Below the pieces are notes generated by a model that worked only from the letters and a program-made list of their open reading frames with translations, was not told the origin of the DNA and made no database searches. From positions 14,012,001 to 14,076,000 of the forward strand of contig CM097884.1 of the NCBI GenBank assembly GCA_044892505.1: DNA of 64,000 nt, in the 5' to 3' direction. Of this stretch, positions 13,057 to 24,500 are shown piece after piece. Source of the DNA: Schmidtea nova (Eukaryota). Within the stretch, counting starts at the first letter, position 1, and the number at the start of each line of letters is the position of its first letter. The translations under genes and the position numbers were made by a program.

Positions 13057-14289
13057 CTGATCCAGATTCAGATATTTTTAATGTTTTTGTGATTGAAAAA
13101 TTTTTTCTTTGTATTGCTATATACAAACTTTGGAAACTAATAGGTATGAGTATTTTTGTTTTATTGAATTTATAAATTTTATGATTATCTGTCATTGACC
13201 ATTGTAGTTAATTATTAATAAAATATTTTATGATATATGATTTTTAAATTTTTGTCGAGTATAGAATTAAACCCAGCTTCTTCCACTGTGAAATCAGTGG
13301 AAGGAGATGACTATATTTATATATTATATATCTTTTATTAAGCTTCTTCCATCGTGTAATCGGTGGAAGGAGGTAACAGTATCAGTTTATACTAACAACT
13401 AACAAGTATATTTTTTAGAAGTAATTTTTGGGTCGAGCTTCTTCCACTGTGTAATCAGTGGAAGGAGGCGTATATATATTATCTATATACCGTATTTATA
13501 GTATAAAATTACGTATGATTTAAGGGGCTCCGTTCACCGTGCAATCGGGAACATGGAGGCATACTGTGCCGAGTAGAAACGACTGCTCCGTACAGTTAGG
13601 CCGTCCGACCGGTGTAAAGCGCCGTGACGAGGGTAGGAATGTTATTTTTGATTTCTAACCTTATTTTTCACTGGATAGTATAACCAGTTGAAGTTTTATT
13701 TTCTAACCGATTTAGTTTTTCATGAGTGTATAGTTAAATTGAGTTTTGATTTTAGTTGGATACAGATGTAACTGCGATTTGAGTAATCTGATTTTACCTT
13801 GAGATTCACAGAGTGTTAGCGTACATTTTTCGATGGTCACATCTGGGGTTTGTGGGCATAGAGCGGCAGATACACGGTTAAGAATCTGTACAAAATATAA
13901 TTTTAATAACAACATAAAAATCGATAATGCTAACAACGTAGTGATCTACTACGCAAGTAACATAGCAGCAATAGGCTATAGGTTCAAACATTCCACCTAA
14001 ATAATTAAACATAATTGCTTATCCTGAACCCTGTACATAGGGCAGTGGATCTTAGTTTATTTTAATAACTTTCTTATCCTGAATGCTGTATATAGCACAG
14101 GCGTAACTAAATAAAATGCATTATGAAATAAATGTATCTGATCGCTGTATATAGCGACAGTGTTGAAAGCGTAATAGGTACATCATTTTCTTTTCCTAAA
14201 TTAACAATTACCAATTGTCAAAAGTATGAGAATCGTTCGAATCAAGACTACTAATTTCATGTTAATAAACCAATTTCGAATTTTAGAAA

Positions 14290-14880
14290 ATGTCAGCCAA
14301 CACAGCAACTAACCAAGCCGAATTAGACAAAGCATGGAGAATAATCCGCAGCCTCGAAAAGGAAATGCTGCGAAAATCAGAGAAAATAAAAGAAGCCGAT
14401 GGAATAATTACCAACCTAAAGAAAAGCTGGTTCAGTCCAGAACAAATGAAAATGCAAATCACCAAAACTCAACGCTCACAGCGAGCTAACAGCGAACTGC
14501 AAATGGAATTGGACGCAACGAAGATGGAATTAAAGAAATGCCTAAAATCTGTAACGGCATCATATCTAACTCAAGAGCTCAGCCAGCTCATTCGACCAAT
14601 CACTTATCAGCATTGGGCTGACGAAAAGGCAGGATGCTCAAAAGGAACAAGCACAGAGGAACCATCTCAGGTTCAAGCAACGGCGGCCTCCATCACACCA
14701 AAGGACGTAATAATTCCAGAAGTCAAGAAGAAAAAGAAGAGTAAGATGGGCGCACGTCAGCGACGCTGGAAGAAACAAGTTCTTCAGCAATTGGCTCAAC
14801 AATCCAAAGAAATTCCAGAAATTGATTTGAACATGAATTTTGCAATATCAGATGAAGATATTACCAAATACTTTGAATAG
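14290..14880 (+). CDS. LTR-encoded 196-aa coiled-coil protein with basic K/R motif (ORF-B)
   Basis: Intact ORF with TTTTAG|AAAATG immediately upstream; homologous to 36976-37575 and 43738-44199. Confidence 0.8.
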   Translation: MSANTATNQAELDKAWRIIRSLEKEMLRKSEKIKEADGIITNLKKSWFSPEQMKMQITKTQRSQRANSELQMELDATKMELKKCLKSVTASYLTQELSQLIRPITYQHWADEKAGCSKGTSTEEPSQVQATAASITPKDVIIPEVKKKKKSKMGARQRRWKKQVLQQLAQQSKEIPEIDLNMNFAISDEDITKYFE

Positions 14881-15194
14881 GAATTTTGTGATTTGTAAAT
14901 TTTGCTTATTAAATAATTTTTGTTTTGTATTTATCTTATTGTAAAGTATATGAACTAAAGTATTTTATTAAAGGATTTTTAAATTAAATTAAATGTAGAT
15001 TATAAATAAAAGATTGACATAAAGTAATGAACAATAATAGCATTAAAGAAATAACATATCGTAAAAATATTATTTGTTGATATTGTAAAGAAGGGGGCTG
15101 AAAGAAAGTTGAAAGTGGAAATATATTGTAACGAAAGGGGGCGAAAAGAGATAATTGAAATGAAAGATAATGGATGCGGATAGATTAAAATTAA

Positions 15195-15390
15195 AGCGTA
15201 AGTCCTTCTATCGGCAGCGAGACGAACCCGTGAACATAAATGGGGAGTAGTTTTAGCAATAGAGCTCACCTGCCCATCATTGTTCAAACACCTTGCACAT
15301 TTCCAACTCGATTATTACAGGGAAATGATCGAGGGTGCTCGTGTGATATGTAAGCATTTTATGTGAGGTTTTGGATGGAGGAATCCCTAG
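15195..15390 (+). ncRNA. Conserved structured RNA element near the LTR 3' end (copy in 3' LTR at 31943-32138)
   Basis: Alignable to 36668-36858 (-) and 44396-44572 (+) with compensatory base-pair changes (see findings). Confidence 0.6.
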
Positions 15391-15458
15391 AGCGTTTAAG
15401 AATAATTATTAATTTTGTATTTTTGTTTTAACCCAATCCGAAACCAACAACATAAATT

Positions 15459-15476
15459 TGGGGGCTCAGCCGGGAA
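15459..15476 (+). promoter_or_regulatory. Primer binding site, tRNA-Pro type
   Basis: TGGGGGCTCAGCCGGGAA, close to the canonical tRNA-Pro PBS TGGGGGCTCGTCCGGGAT; located 9 nt after the LTR end. Confidence 0.8.
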
Positions 15477-15615
15477 TCAAATTGGTTTTTGTGCGAAAAA
15501 TTGAATCCAACAATAACAGGGAGTTTTAAAGTGCCCCTCAGCCGGGATGAAAATGGTTTTTGTGCGAAAAATTGAATCCAATAATAACCAGGAGTTTTAA
15601 AGTGCCCCTCAGCCG
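15465..15615 (+). repeat. ~72-bp tandem duplication containing the PBS core CTCAGCCG(GGA)
   Basis: Units start at 15465, 15537 and 15608 (last one partial). Confidence 0.85.
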
Positions 15616-15915
15616 AAAACATAATTGATTTTGTATAAAAGTGAAAACAATATCAACAGAGAATTTTGAAAAACAACTATTGAATAAATATAACAACAGA
15701 CGACTAATAATTGATATTAAAAATGAAATAAATAAACATAAATAAATATGTCGGGACGACAATTTGATGAAGCAGGGAGAGGTTTAACATCAGAAAACGA
15801 AATGTACCACTACTTTTAAATAATACAAATCGAGCAAATAGAGAAACAAGATGTTGAAATTTTTATTTTTAACAAATAAAACAGCAAATATATTAATAAT
15901 ATCAACTATTTAGCA

Positions 15916-16377
15916 ATGAACGACAAATTAAAAGAAATAGAAGAATTCTTAAACACTGAAAACAAAACATACGATGAACTATGCGAGAAAATAAGTCGAA
16001 TAAGAGAATCCGGATTCAAAGAACCCATGACACAAACCGAAGAGACAACAGAGCTGATAAAAATAATGGAAAGAGTTGACAAAATAGATATTACTACTAG
16101 ATATAAATGGTACCAAGCGAGATTGGAAAACGCTGAGTTAAATATAAAATGCAGACAGCTAGAGCAACAATTAACTTCAACATACAACAAGTGGACGATA
16201 CAAGGAACTGAGACAGCTAAGAAATTTAAACTATGTTACATATGTCGAGAAAGGGAGAATAAAATCATGTTTTTACCATGTGGACATTTTCGGTTTTGTG
16301 GAATCTGTGCAGCCAATTGCGACAAATGCCCGATGTGCAATCTCGAAATAGACGAAAGAATTATTGTGTATTTATAA
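15916..16377 (+). CDS. Coiled-coil + C-terminal IAP/MDM2-type C3HC4 RING protein (153 aa)
   Basis: CYICRERENKIMFLPCGHFRFCGICAANCDKCPMCNLEIDERIIVYL at the extreme C-terminus; TTTAG|CAATG upstream. Confidence 0.85.
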   Translation: MNDKLKEIEEFLNTENKTYDELCEKISRIRESGFKEPMTQTEETTELIKIMERVDKIDITTRYKWYQARLENAELNIKCRQLEQQLTSTYNKWTIQGTETAKKFKLCYICRERENKIMFLPCGHFRFCGICAANCDKCPMCNLEIDERIIVYL

Positions 16378-16418
16378 TAAATAAATTTTGAAATTGAATA
16401 ATATGATTTGTGATAAAG

Positions 16419-16590
16419 GATAATGAGAATTAAGATGACAATTCATAATGAGAATTAATATGAGAATTCATAATGAGAATTGATATGAGAATTCATAATA
16501 GGAATTAATATGAGAAAGGATAATGAGAATTAATATGATACTTGATAATGAGAATTAATAATGAGAATTTAAAATGAGAGTTGATAATGG
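16419..16590 (+). repeat. 12-13-bp minisatellite (ATGAGAATT core)
   Basis: Direct reading. Confidence 0.85.
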
Positions 16591-17029
16591 CAATGACAGA
16601 AATCATAATAACAATTGATATTTATAAATAATTTTTGAGCTGCTCACGAGTAGTCCGTTAAGCACCCATTGGGAGGAACCAACTGATCAACTTACCCGAG
16701 ATGTATAGAAAGGGGCCCATCGCGGATATTGGAAAGCTTTTGTGATGTGACTGATCACCACATCTTGCATTAGTAGACCAATGCGATCTTTTTGTATATT
16801 TTGGTTGGGGTGAAAGGTAGGGACAATCTAATGAGGTTTAAGTGCATGCAGAAAATACAAATAAAAATGAGAGAATAGAACACTGATCAGTGAAAGTCGA
16901 AAGAACATTAAGAAAATAAGTGGAATGAAAGTTAATGTGATAACTCTCATAACAATAGAGATAATTCAGCTGAATGATAACTAGTGAAGTGGATAATTGC
17001 GGTTAACCGGTTAAAGAGATTAGTTAAAT

Positions 17030-17725
17030 ACCTTGTATAAAAAGGTCAAGGGCAAATAAGCCATATTAGTTACTCTGAAAGAAGGGTCAAGGGCAAATAA
17101 GCCATATTAGTTACTCTGAAAGAAGGGTCAAGGGCCAACGAGCCGTATTAGTTAATTACTCTGAAAGAAGGGTCAAGGGCCAACGAGCCGTATTAGTTAA
17201 TTACTCTGAAAGAAGGGTCAAGGGCCAACGAGCCGTATTAGTTAATTACTCTGAAAGAAGGGTCAAGGGCCAACGAGCCGTATTAGTTAATTACTCTGAA
17301 AGAAGGGTCAAGGGCCAACAAGCCGTATTAGTTAATTACTCTGAAAGAAGGGTCAAGGGCCAACGAGCCGTATTAGTTAATTACTCTGAAAGAAGGGTCA
17401 AGGGCCAACGAGCCGTATTAGTTGAATACTCTGAAAGAAGAGTCAAGGGCAAACAAGCCAGATGAGTTAAATACCTTGTACAAAAAGGTCAAGGGCCAAC
17501 GAGCCATATTAGTTGAATACTCTGAAAAAAGAGTCAAGGGCAAACAAGCCAGATGAGTAAATACCTTGTACAAAAAGGTCAAGGGCCAACGAGCCATATT
17601 AGTCAAATACTCTGAAAGAAGAGTCAAGGGCAAACAAGCCATATTAGTTAAATACCTTGTAAAAAAAGGTCAAGAGCAAACAAGTCAGATTATTTAAGAT
17701 TACCCCGAAAGAAGGGTCAAAGGCC
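17030..17725 (+). repeat. 41-46-bp tandem array (~16 units; core unit 45 bp)
   Basis: ACTCTGAAAGAAGGGTCAAGGGCCAACGAGCCGTATTAGTTAATT recurs at 17113, 17158, 17203 and onward. Confidence 0.95.
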
Positions 17726-18584
17726 TAACTAAGCAGGTGATTATTCTCTAAGAAGGTATTTTCCCTAGAGAAGGGCCATGGAGTCAAGCGAATAAATTAA
17801 ATTAGGGCATAGAAGAGCCAAGTGAATAAGTGAATAAATTAGAGAAGAGCCAAGTGAATAAATTAAATTATGGCGTAGAGAGCCAAGGGAATAAATAAGC
17901 AACAGAGATGAAATAAAACCAAGTTGTAATCGTCGACGATGTTAAGAGTAATGAGCACTAGAAATTAAGTAATACGAGTAAAGATGATTAAGTAAACTAG
18001 AGATTCAGTATGCATACGAGTAGAAATAGGAATAAGAGAAATTAGAGTTGACCGGAAAAACCGGTAGAAATAGTGAGAATAATGAATAATGATGAGAAAT
18101 TAGAGATGACTGGAAAATTTGATAGGAATAGTGAGAATAGTGAGTAATGATGATATAATGAATAGTGATAAAATGATAATTGAGTCAGGAGAACTCAAGG
18201 GAATTAAAGCGTTTGAGCGACAAATTAAATTGGGAGACTGAGGGAAAAGTAACGAATTTATTTGATAACGATAGATAATTATTACGACCATATAGATAAT
18301 TGTTACCAGTGAATAGATAATTTAAATAGACTTAAATAAAGGGGAAACCGGGAATGGGGAAACAATGGAAACCCAATAATGAGGAATAAAAGCGCAACGA
18401 TAACAATGATGTATCGTTGAAGTGACTTTTTAATTTAGATATACGGAACAGAACAAGTCAAACAACCAGCCAATCAATCAGAATACGATAACAGAGAAAC
18501 AGAAAAATTGATAAATCAAAGAAAAGTAAACCGAGATCAAGAACAGTTAAAAATCAAGAAGTCAATAATTCACAAAGAAATAAA

Positions 18585-21500
18585 TTGAGATCAAGAGCAG
18601 TTAGTGCTACAATCGAAAAAGTTGATAATTCACAGAGAAATAAATCGAAACAAAGAGCAACCAGTGCTACAAAGAAAACAAATCCTAAAGGAAGTAAATC
18701 AAGAAGAGTAATAGTAGAAAAGTCAAAAGTCGAAAACAGTAAATTTGCTAAAACTAACGAAAGTGAAACAGAAGAAAGTTTAAGTGAAACCTACGATAAG
18801 TATAATAATACGGAAGCATCAGATAACGAGTCAATAAACACAGAAGAAGTAGAAGCAGAAATTGATAATAATTCAAACGAAACGAATAACGAGCATACTA
18901 GTGAAACAAGAGGAAACGAGAGTAAAACGACTCAAGACAGCGGAATTGAAATGAACGAGCATAAAGAAGAAATCAAAGATAAATTTACTGGAGAACCATT
19001 CAATGGAGATGCCAGCAAGTTAGAAACGTTCTTAAAAGAATTTGGTATATTTGTAGAAGTGTGTAAATGGAAACCAGAAACGATAAGAAGCAGAATTCAG
19101 TTATATTTAAAAGACAGTGCGTTAGACTTATATTTAGAAGCTAAAAATTCGGATGATCAACTCGATAGTTGGGAAAAGATAAAGAATTTTTTCCAGCAAA
19201 CGTTTGGAATAAATAAAGTATTAAATGAAGCGTTTACAGAATTTTCAATGAGGAAACAAAAAGTTAATGAATCAAATGCAGTATATGCAAGTGAATTAAA
19301 GAAATTGGCTAAATTGGCATTTAATCAAAATAGTCCAATGAGTCCAGAATTAATGGCAGCAATTTTTGTGGGGGGATTGAGAAGACCCGATATAAGAGCA
19401 CAAGTTGGATGCCAAGGTTGTAAAACAATAGATGAAGCGTTGGAAATCGCTAACAGATTTGAATTACATATGATCGGAAGTGAAGGAAGAATTTACCTAG
19501 CAATGGATACGACACAAAATGAACAAGCAATGAAGATAAACAATCATATTCCGAATTCACAACAATTAAACCGACCACCACCTCAAAGGAGAAATGAGGG
19601 AAACAAAGTACAAAATTTCGGAAACCAAAATAATTATAATACGCAAGGACAGACAAAGCAATGTCAAACCTGTGGAAAGTTAGGACATTGGCAACAAGAA
19701 TGTTTCGCGAATTTAAATTGTAAAAAGTGTGGAAGAAAAGGACATTCGGAAAGTAGATGTTACCTGAATTCATGTTATAACTGTGGACAACCAGGTCATA
19801 TGGCAAAGAATTGCCAACAACAAAACAACCAACAAAGGAATTGGTCGAACAACGGAAATCGACAAAGTTATGCGAATCAACAGAATAACGGAAACCGTCA
19901 GAATTATGAAAATCAACAGAGTAATTATAACCAGAACAAAAGTACCACCAAAGAGATACATTTATTACAAGAAGTTCAGAGATTGACAGAGTTAATAAAC
20001 AATACACCGAGAGGAAATCAACAAACGAATCAACAACAAATGAATATGATGAGAAAAGTAGAAAGTGAAAATGAACGACTAAACCGAGAAAGTCAAGCAC
20101 GACATGCTCAAGAATGGGCAAGAATACAAAGAGAAGACGAACAGAAACGACAAGAAAGAGAACGACAACCATTGAGAATTAATATGATGAGAGCAGCGAA
20201 TCAAACAAGAGATAACAAAGAAGATATTGAACCAGAAACAAACCAGATAAACCCAAATCCGGAAGATGAAGAAAACCAAAAAGAAAAAGTACAAGAAAAC
20301 GAAGAAGATATTGAACAAAAAAGGATGTTGGTAGTCATGCCAAACGATCATGTATTTCGATTTGAATATGATGAAAAAGAGGAAGTAGAAGTATTAATTA
20401 ATAAAGTAAACAAGACGATTCCGGGAACGACGAAACTACCCCGAGAAGCATTCTTACAGACAGAAGACGAAGCAGCAATAAAATTAAAACCAACTGACAT
20501 ATGGAAAGATTTAGGAGTACCAATGAATAAAATGAAAGTCACAGTTATCCAAGAAATAGAAGAAAATAACGATGAAGAGAAATCAAAACCAGTAACAAAA
20601 GTCAAAAGTAGAGCATTGAAGATATTTGAAGAGAAAATCAAACAGAGAAAAGCAATGGAGATAGAAAAACGAAGAGGCCAAATAGAAGAATCAGGAAACA
20701 ATGACAAAAAGGAAGAAATACCACCAAACAGTATACCAGAAAACTATGAACTTAGACGATGTAGAAGTATGGATCCGCAAGGAGATTCACTCACAATTGC
20801 AGTCATGTCATCAAATACAGGACCAGTATTAACTACAACCATAGAAATAAATGGAAAAGAAATAGAAGCGATGATAGATACAGGAGCAAACATTTCGGCG
20901 ATAGATGTTAAATGGATACCGCAAGAACAGAGACAAGAAATTGAAAGAACAAATGTTCATGTAATAGCATGTAGTAAAGAGATTGTTGAAGTTGCAGGAA
21001 GATGGTGGGTAAAAATACGACACCAAAATATAGAAATCGAAACGTATGTAGCAGTAATACCAGCTTTAAGCGTACCATGTATAATCGGAACAGATTTAAT
21101 GCCAACACTATTCAAAGAAATAATCATCGATCTTGGAACAATGAGATTAAAGGACAGAACAGGGAAAATATGTGCCATGAAAACAAAAGTAATAAACTCG
21201 AAACAAATAATGATACCGGAAGAGAGAATCATGACGAGATCACAAACCATCAGAATAAATATGCTCAGAGCGGAAGAAATTAACACAACTAGTCAAGTAG
21301 ACAGTGAGAAAATCGATGTTGACAAAGAAATCGTACGGAAAGCCAAAGAAATAAACGAAAGATGGGAAATCAGACAAGAAAAAGACGTATTATGGGATAT
21401 ACGACAAATAATTAGTGATTACGCACGAGGATGCCCAACCAAACCAATCATAATAGAATTATTAAAGAAAATACCAGAGATACTCGTATTACAAGATACA

Positions 21501-24500
21501 GGAGGTGCAACTGCACTGCACAATGCCATAAGTTGGGGTAAAACAGAAAAGGTAAAAGAATTCTTGAAAATAGCAAAAGAAACGAATCAAAATCTAGACA
21601 TTGTAAATCGAGAATTAGAAACGCCAATGATGACAGCAACACTAAGCTTAGCAGATAAAGAAATAGTAGATATGCTGATTAACGCAGAATTCAACTGGAC
21701 AGCTCGGGATAGAAGAGGAAACACAGTTTTAAATCATGCAATAATGAGTGAAAATCAAATGATACTAAAACATATAACAACCAACCTCACATGGGAAATC
21801 GATGAATTAATCAAAGGAGAAATTATGAAGGAAGCGATTCGGAAAGGAAACACTAAAACAATATGGAAACTAATACAATGGAAATGGCCGGATAATAAAA
21901 CATGGGTATTAGATATAAACAAAGAATTTAGCGAAGGACAGAATGCACTATTGAGATACTTATTAGAGTTTACGTGCGATCAGAGAACGATGTTAGCACT
22001 AATAAATAGAGGAAAAATAAATATTAGTAAAAACGAAGAGGAATATAAACTAGAAGTTGAAAAGAAAGCTTTATTCAGGAAAATTTGGGTATGGTGTCAA
22101 AAACAAATACGCAAAGACATAAGCTACAAAAATCTAAATGATTTCCAAGAAAAGTATAAGATAATAATAAAGGAATACAAGAAGCTAGTGGAGATATTAA
22201 ACGATCCAGAAAAATTTAATCAAGCAATAAATCAGAAAGAAGAAGAAAGTAAAAGGATACTCACACCATTGTTCAACGCGAAGATAGATTATCAAGAAAG
22301 ATTGGATGCAATACACAAAAAAGCAAAGGAACTATTACCAGAATTCAAAGATACTAAATACGCCTTGGAAATACTAGGCGCGATAGTAGAAAAAGTACAC
22401 GCGTACGCGAAAGGAATGTATAATGGAGATGATATAATAACTATAAAAAGAGAAATGCCAGTTGCGTTTTTATTAACAAAAGAAAGAATAATACCGATTC
22501 ATAGAGCATTGAGAGCAGGAAAAGACGGTAAAGTAATCGAAATCGCAAGATTAATGCATCAATGTGGATGTGATATGAATATGATAGATGAAAAAGGAGA
22601 CACCCTTATGGTATACGCAGCAAGAGCAAAAACAAAAATCAAAGTATTAGAAGAGTTATATAAAGCAGGCGCAGGATTAATCGGAAAAACTGTCAAAGAC
22701 AACTCAATATTAGACGTGACATTATTAGGTCCAAATTGGGAAATGTTGAATTTCATTAAAACGATAACAAACCAAGAAGAGATAGATTATTTAACAGAAA
22801 CCGTAAAAAGACCAAGTGTATTGACAATGATGCAAAACATCAAATTGACAGAAGAAGTATTAAACTGGAAAATACCAAATACAAATAAACCAGCATTTAA
22901 AGTTAACAAGTTTATGGAGAATAATCGAAATTGGTGTATCCAAAGCGCACTAATAACTTATATATGGCCTGAAATTGTAGAAATTTTCATGAGAAGAGAA
23001 GACCTGAGATTTACAAACAAGCCTAAAGAAACGGAAAAGGTAGTCAAATGGAAAGAACTGATGAGAACACACCTTCAAAGTTGGATAAAAGCCAAGAAAG
23101 AAATTATACAGTATCAGTTAGACAACAAAAAGATACCCGAAGATATAGAATTCCAAGAATTTGAAGCAAGTAACTTAACCTCATTATATTATGCAAAACT
23201 AATAGAAACAAGTAATGTCGAGGACGACATTTTTAACGAGCCAGGGAGAGATAATAATACTGACAAAGACGATGACGATGAAGAAAACAATGACGACGAG
23301 AGAAATAAAGACGATGATGATGAAAATAATCACGGAAACCCAGATAACCACGAGCAAACCAACAAAGAAGACGAGAATCAAGAGAGAAATACAAAGAACC
23401 AAGAATCCAAAGAACAAAGAGAAGACAACCCTAAAAACAATCATGAAAACAAAGGAACAAGTTACAGAAGGAATCCATTATTCAGACCAGAAGTATTAAT
23501 GTTCGCAATAATCATAACACTTATGGGACAATGTGAAGCAACGAAACAAGAGATATCAGTAGAAATGGGAGTACCAATACAAAAAGCATCAACACAGATA
23601 ATGAATTCAAAGGATATTGAACAAGTATGTTGGGTAAAAGAGAATGAAATTCTCGGAGATAACAACCTATTACGATGTATAATACCAAACCCCGAGCGAA
23701 AAACTATAATAATAGACGAAATGGACATGGAAACATGGTACAGAATATGTACAATCAGAAAACCTAAAGACGAAAAATCACACAAGACAGTTACATGCCA
23801 AGTATACAAGACACCCAAAGTTCGATACGAGTTCGCCAATGGAATAGACCTTCCAGGACCATTTTATTTTAAAATAACAAGAGAACCAGCATCAAGAAAA
23901 GTCTTACAACAACCAAGAACCAAGATAACAACACCAAGTATAAGGAATACAACGGATAAACCAGAAACAAACAGAAGAAATACAACGGATAAACCAGAAC
24001 CAAAAAGACGAACGAAACAAACCACAAGAGTAATCTATAATTCCAAGTTGTTATGTATAGCACTTATTATGACAATACTGAAGCGATTAGAAGAAGGAAT
24101 AGAAATGGATACGATGACACTAATAGACATGGAAGAGACACAAATAACAAATCAAAAATGTTGGTTTAGAAATGATGAAAAATTAGAATTAAAGGAATCA
24201 AGAGAAATTCGAAAATTAGAAGCGGGTAAAACGAACAAAGTAATCAAGATAATAAAGATAAAAACAGACAGAATTCATAAACTATGTTTATTGGAAAAAG
24301 AGAGAAACAAGAAAGGAATAACCAATTGTAAAACATTCCAAGCAGGGAAAATAATAACGTTCGCAAGAAAAATGGGGAAAAGAAACAAACAAAATTTCCA
24401 GAAATTAACCATAACGTTAGAAATAACGGGAATAGAACAAAACGTAAACGGAGTATGCTGGAGAAAATACGAGAAAGAAGCAAATAAACACAAATCATCA

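Larger units (their letters stand above)
12664..15449 (+). repeat. 5' LTR (family 1)
   Basis: Starts TGTTGGATCC, ends AAACCAACA, followed by the PBS. Confidence 0.95.

Noticed and set aside
13560-13600. Hammerhead in the LTR (GAAACG...CGUA)
   Set aside because: Stem III and a GUA triplet can be drawn, but there is no CUGANGA-type core or stem II.
15195-15280. Hairpin ribozyme identity for the LTR RNA motif
   Set aside because: CAG..GAA / GUA..UCAC-CUG resembles loop B, but I found no loop-A partner strands and the GUC is not kept in family 3. Left as an unknown structure.
15459-15476. tRNA gene
   Set aside because: Only an 18-nt complement to a tRNA 3' end including CCA; no cloverleaf. It is a PBS.
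17030-17725. CRISPR-like array, and ORF 17418-17642
   Set aside because: Contiguous tandem units without unique spacers in a eukaryotic context; the ORF is just the translated repeat.
18585-18950. TTG at 18585 as the true gag start
   Set aside because: The frame is open from 18492 with no ATG until 18951, where capsid-like similarity begins. The real start cannot be determined from sequence alone.
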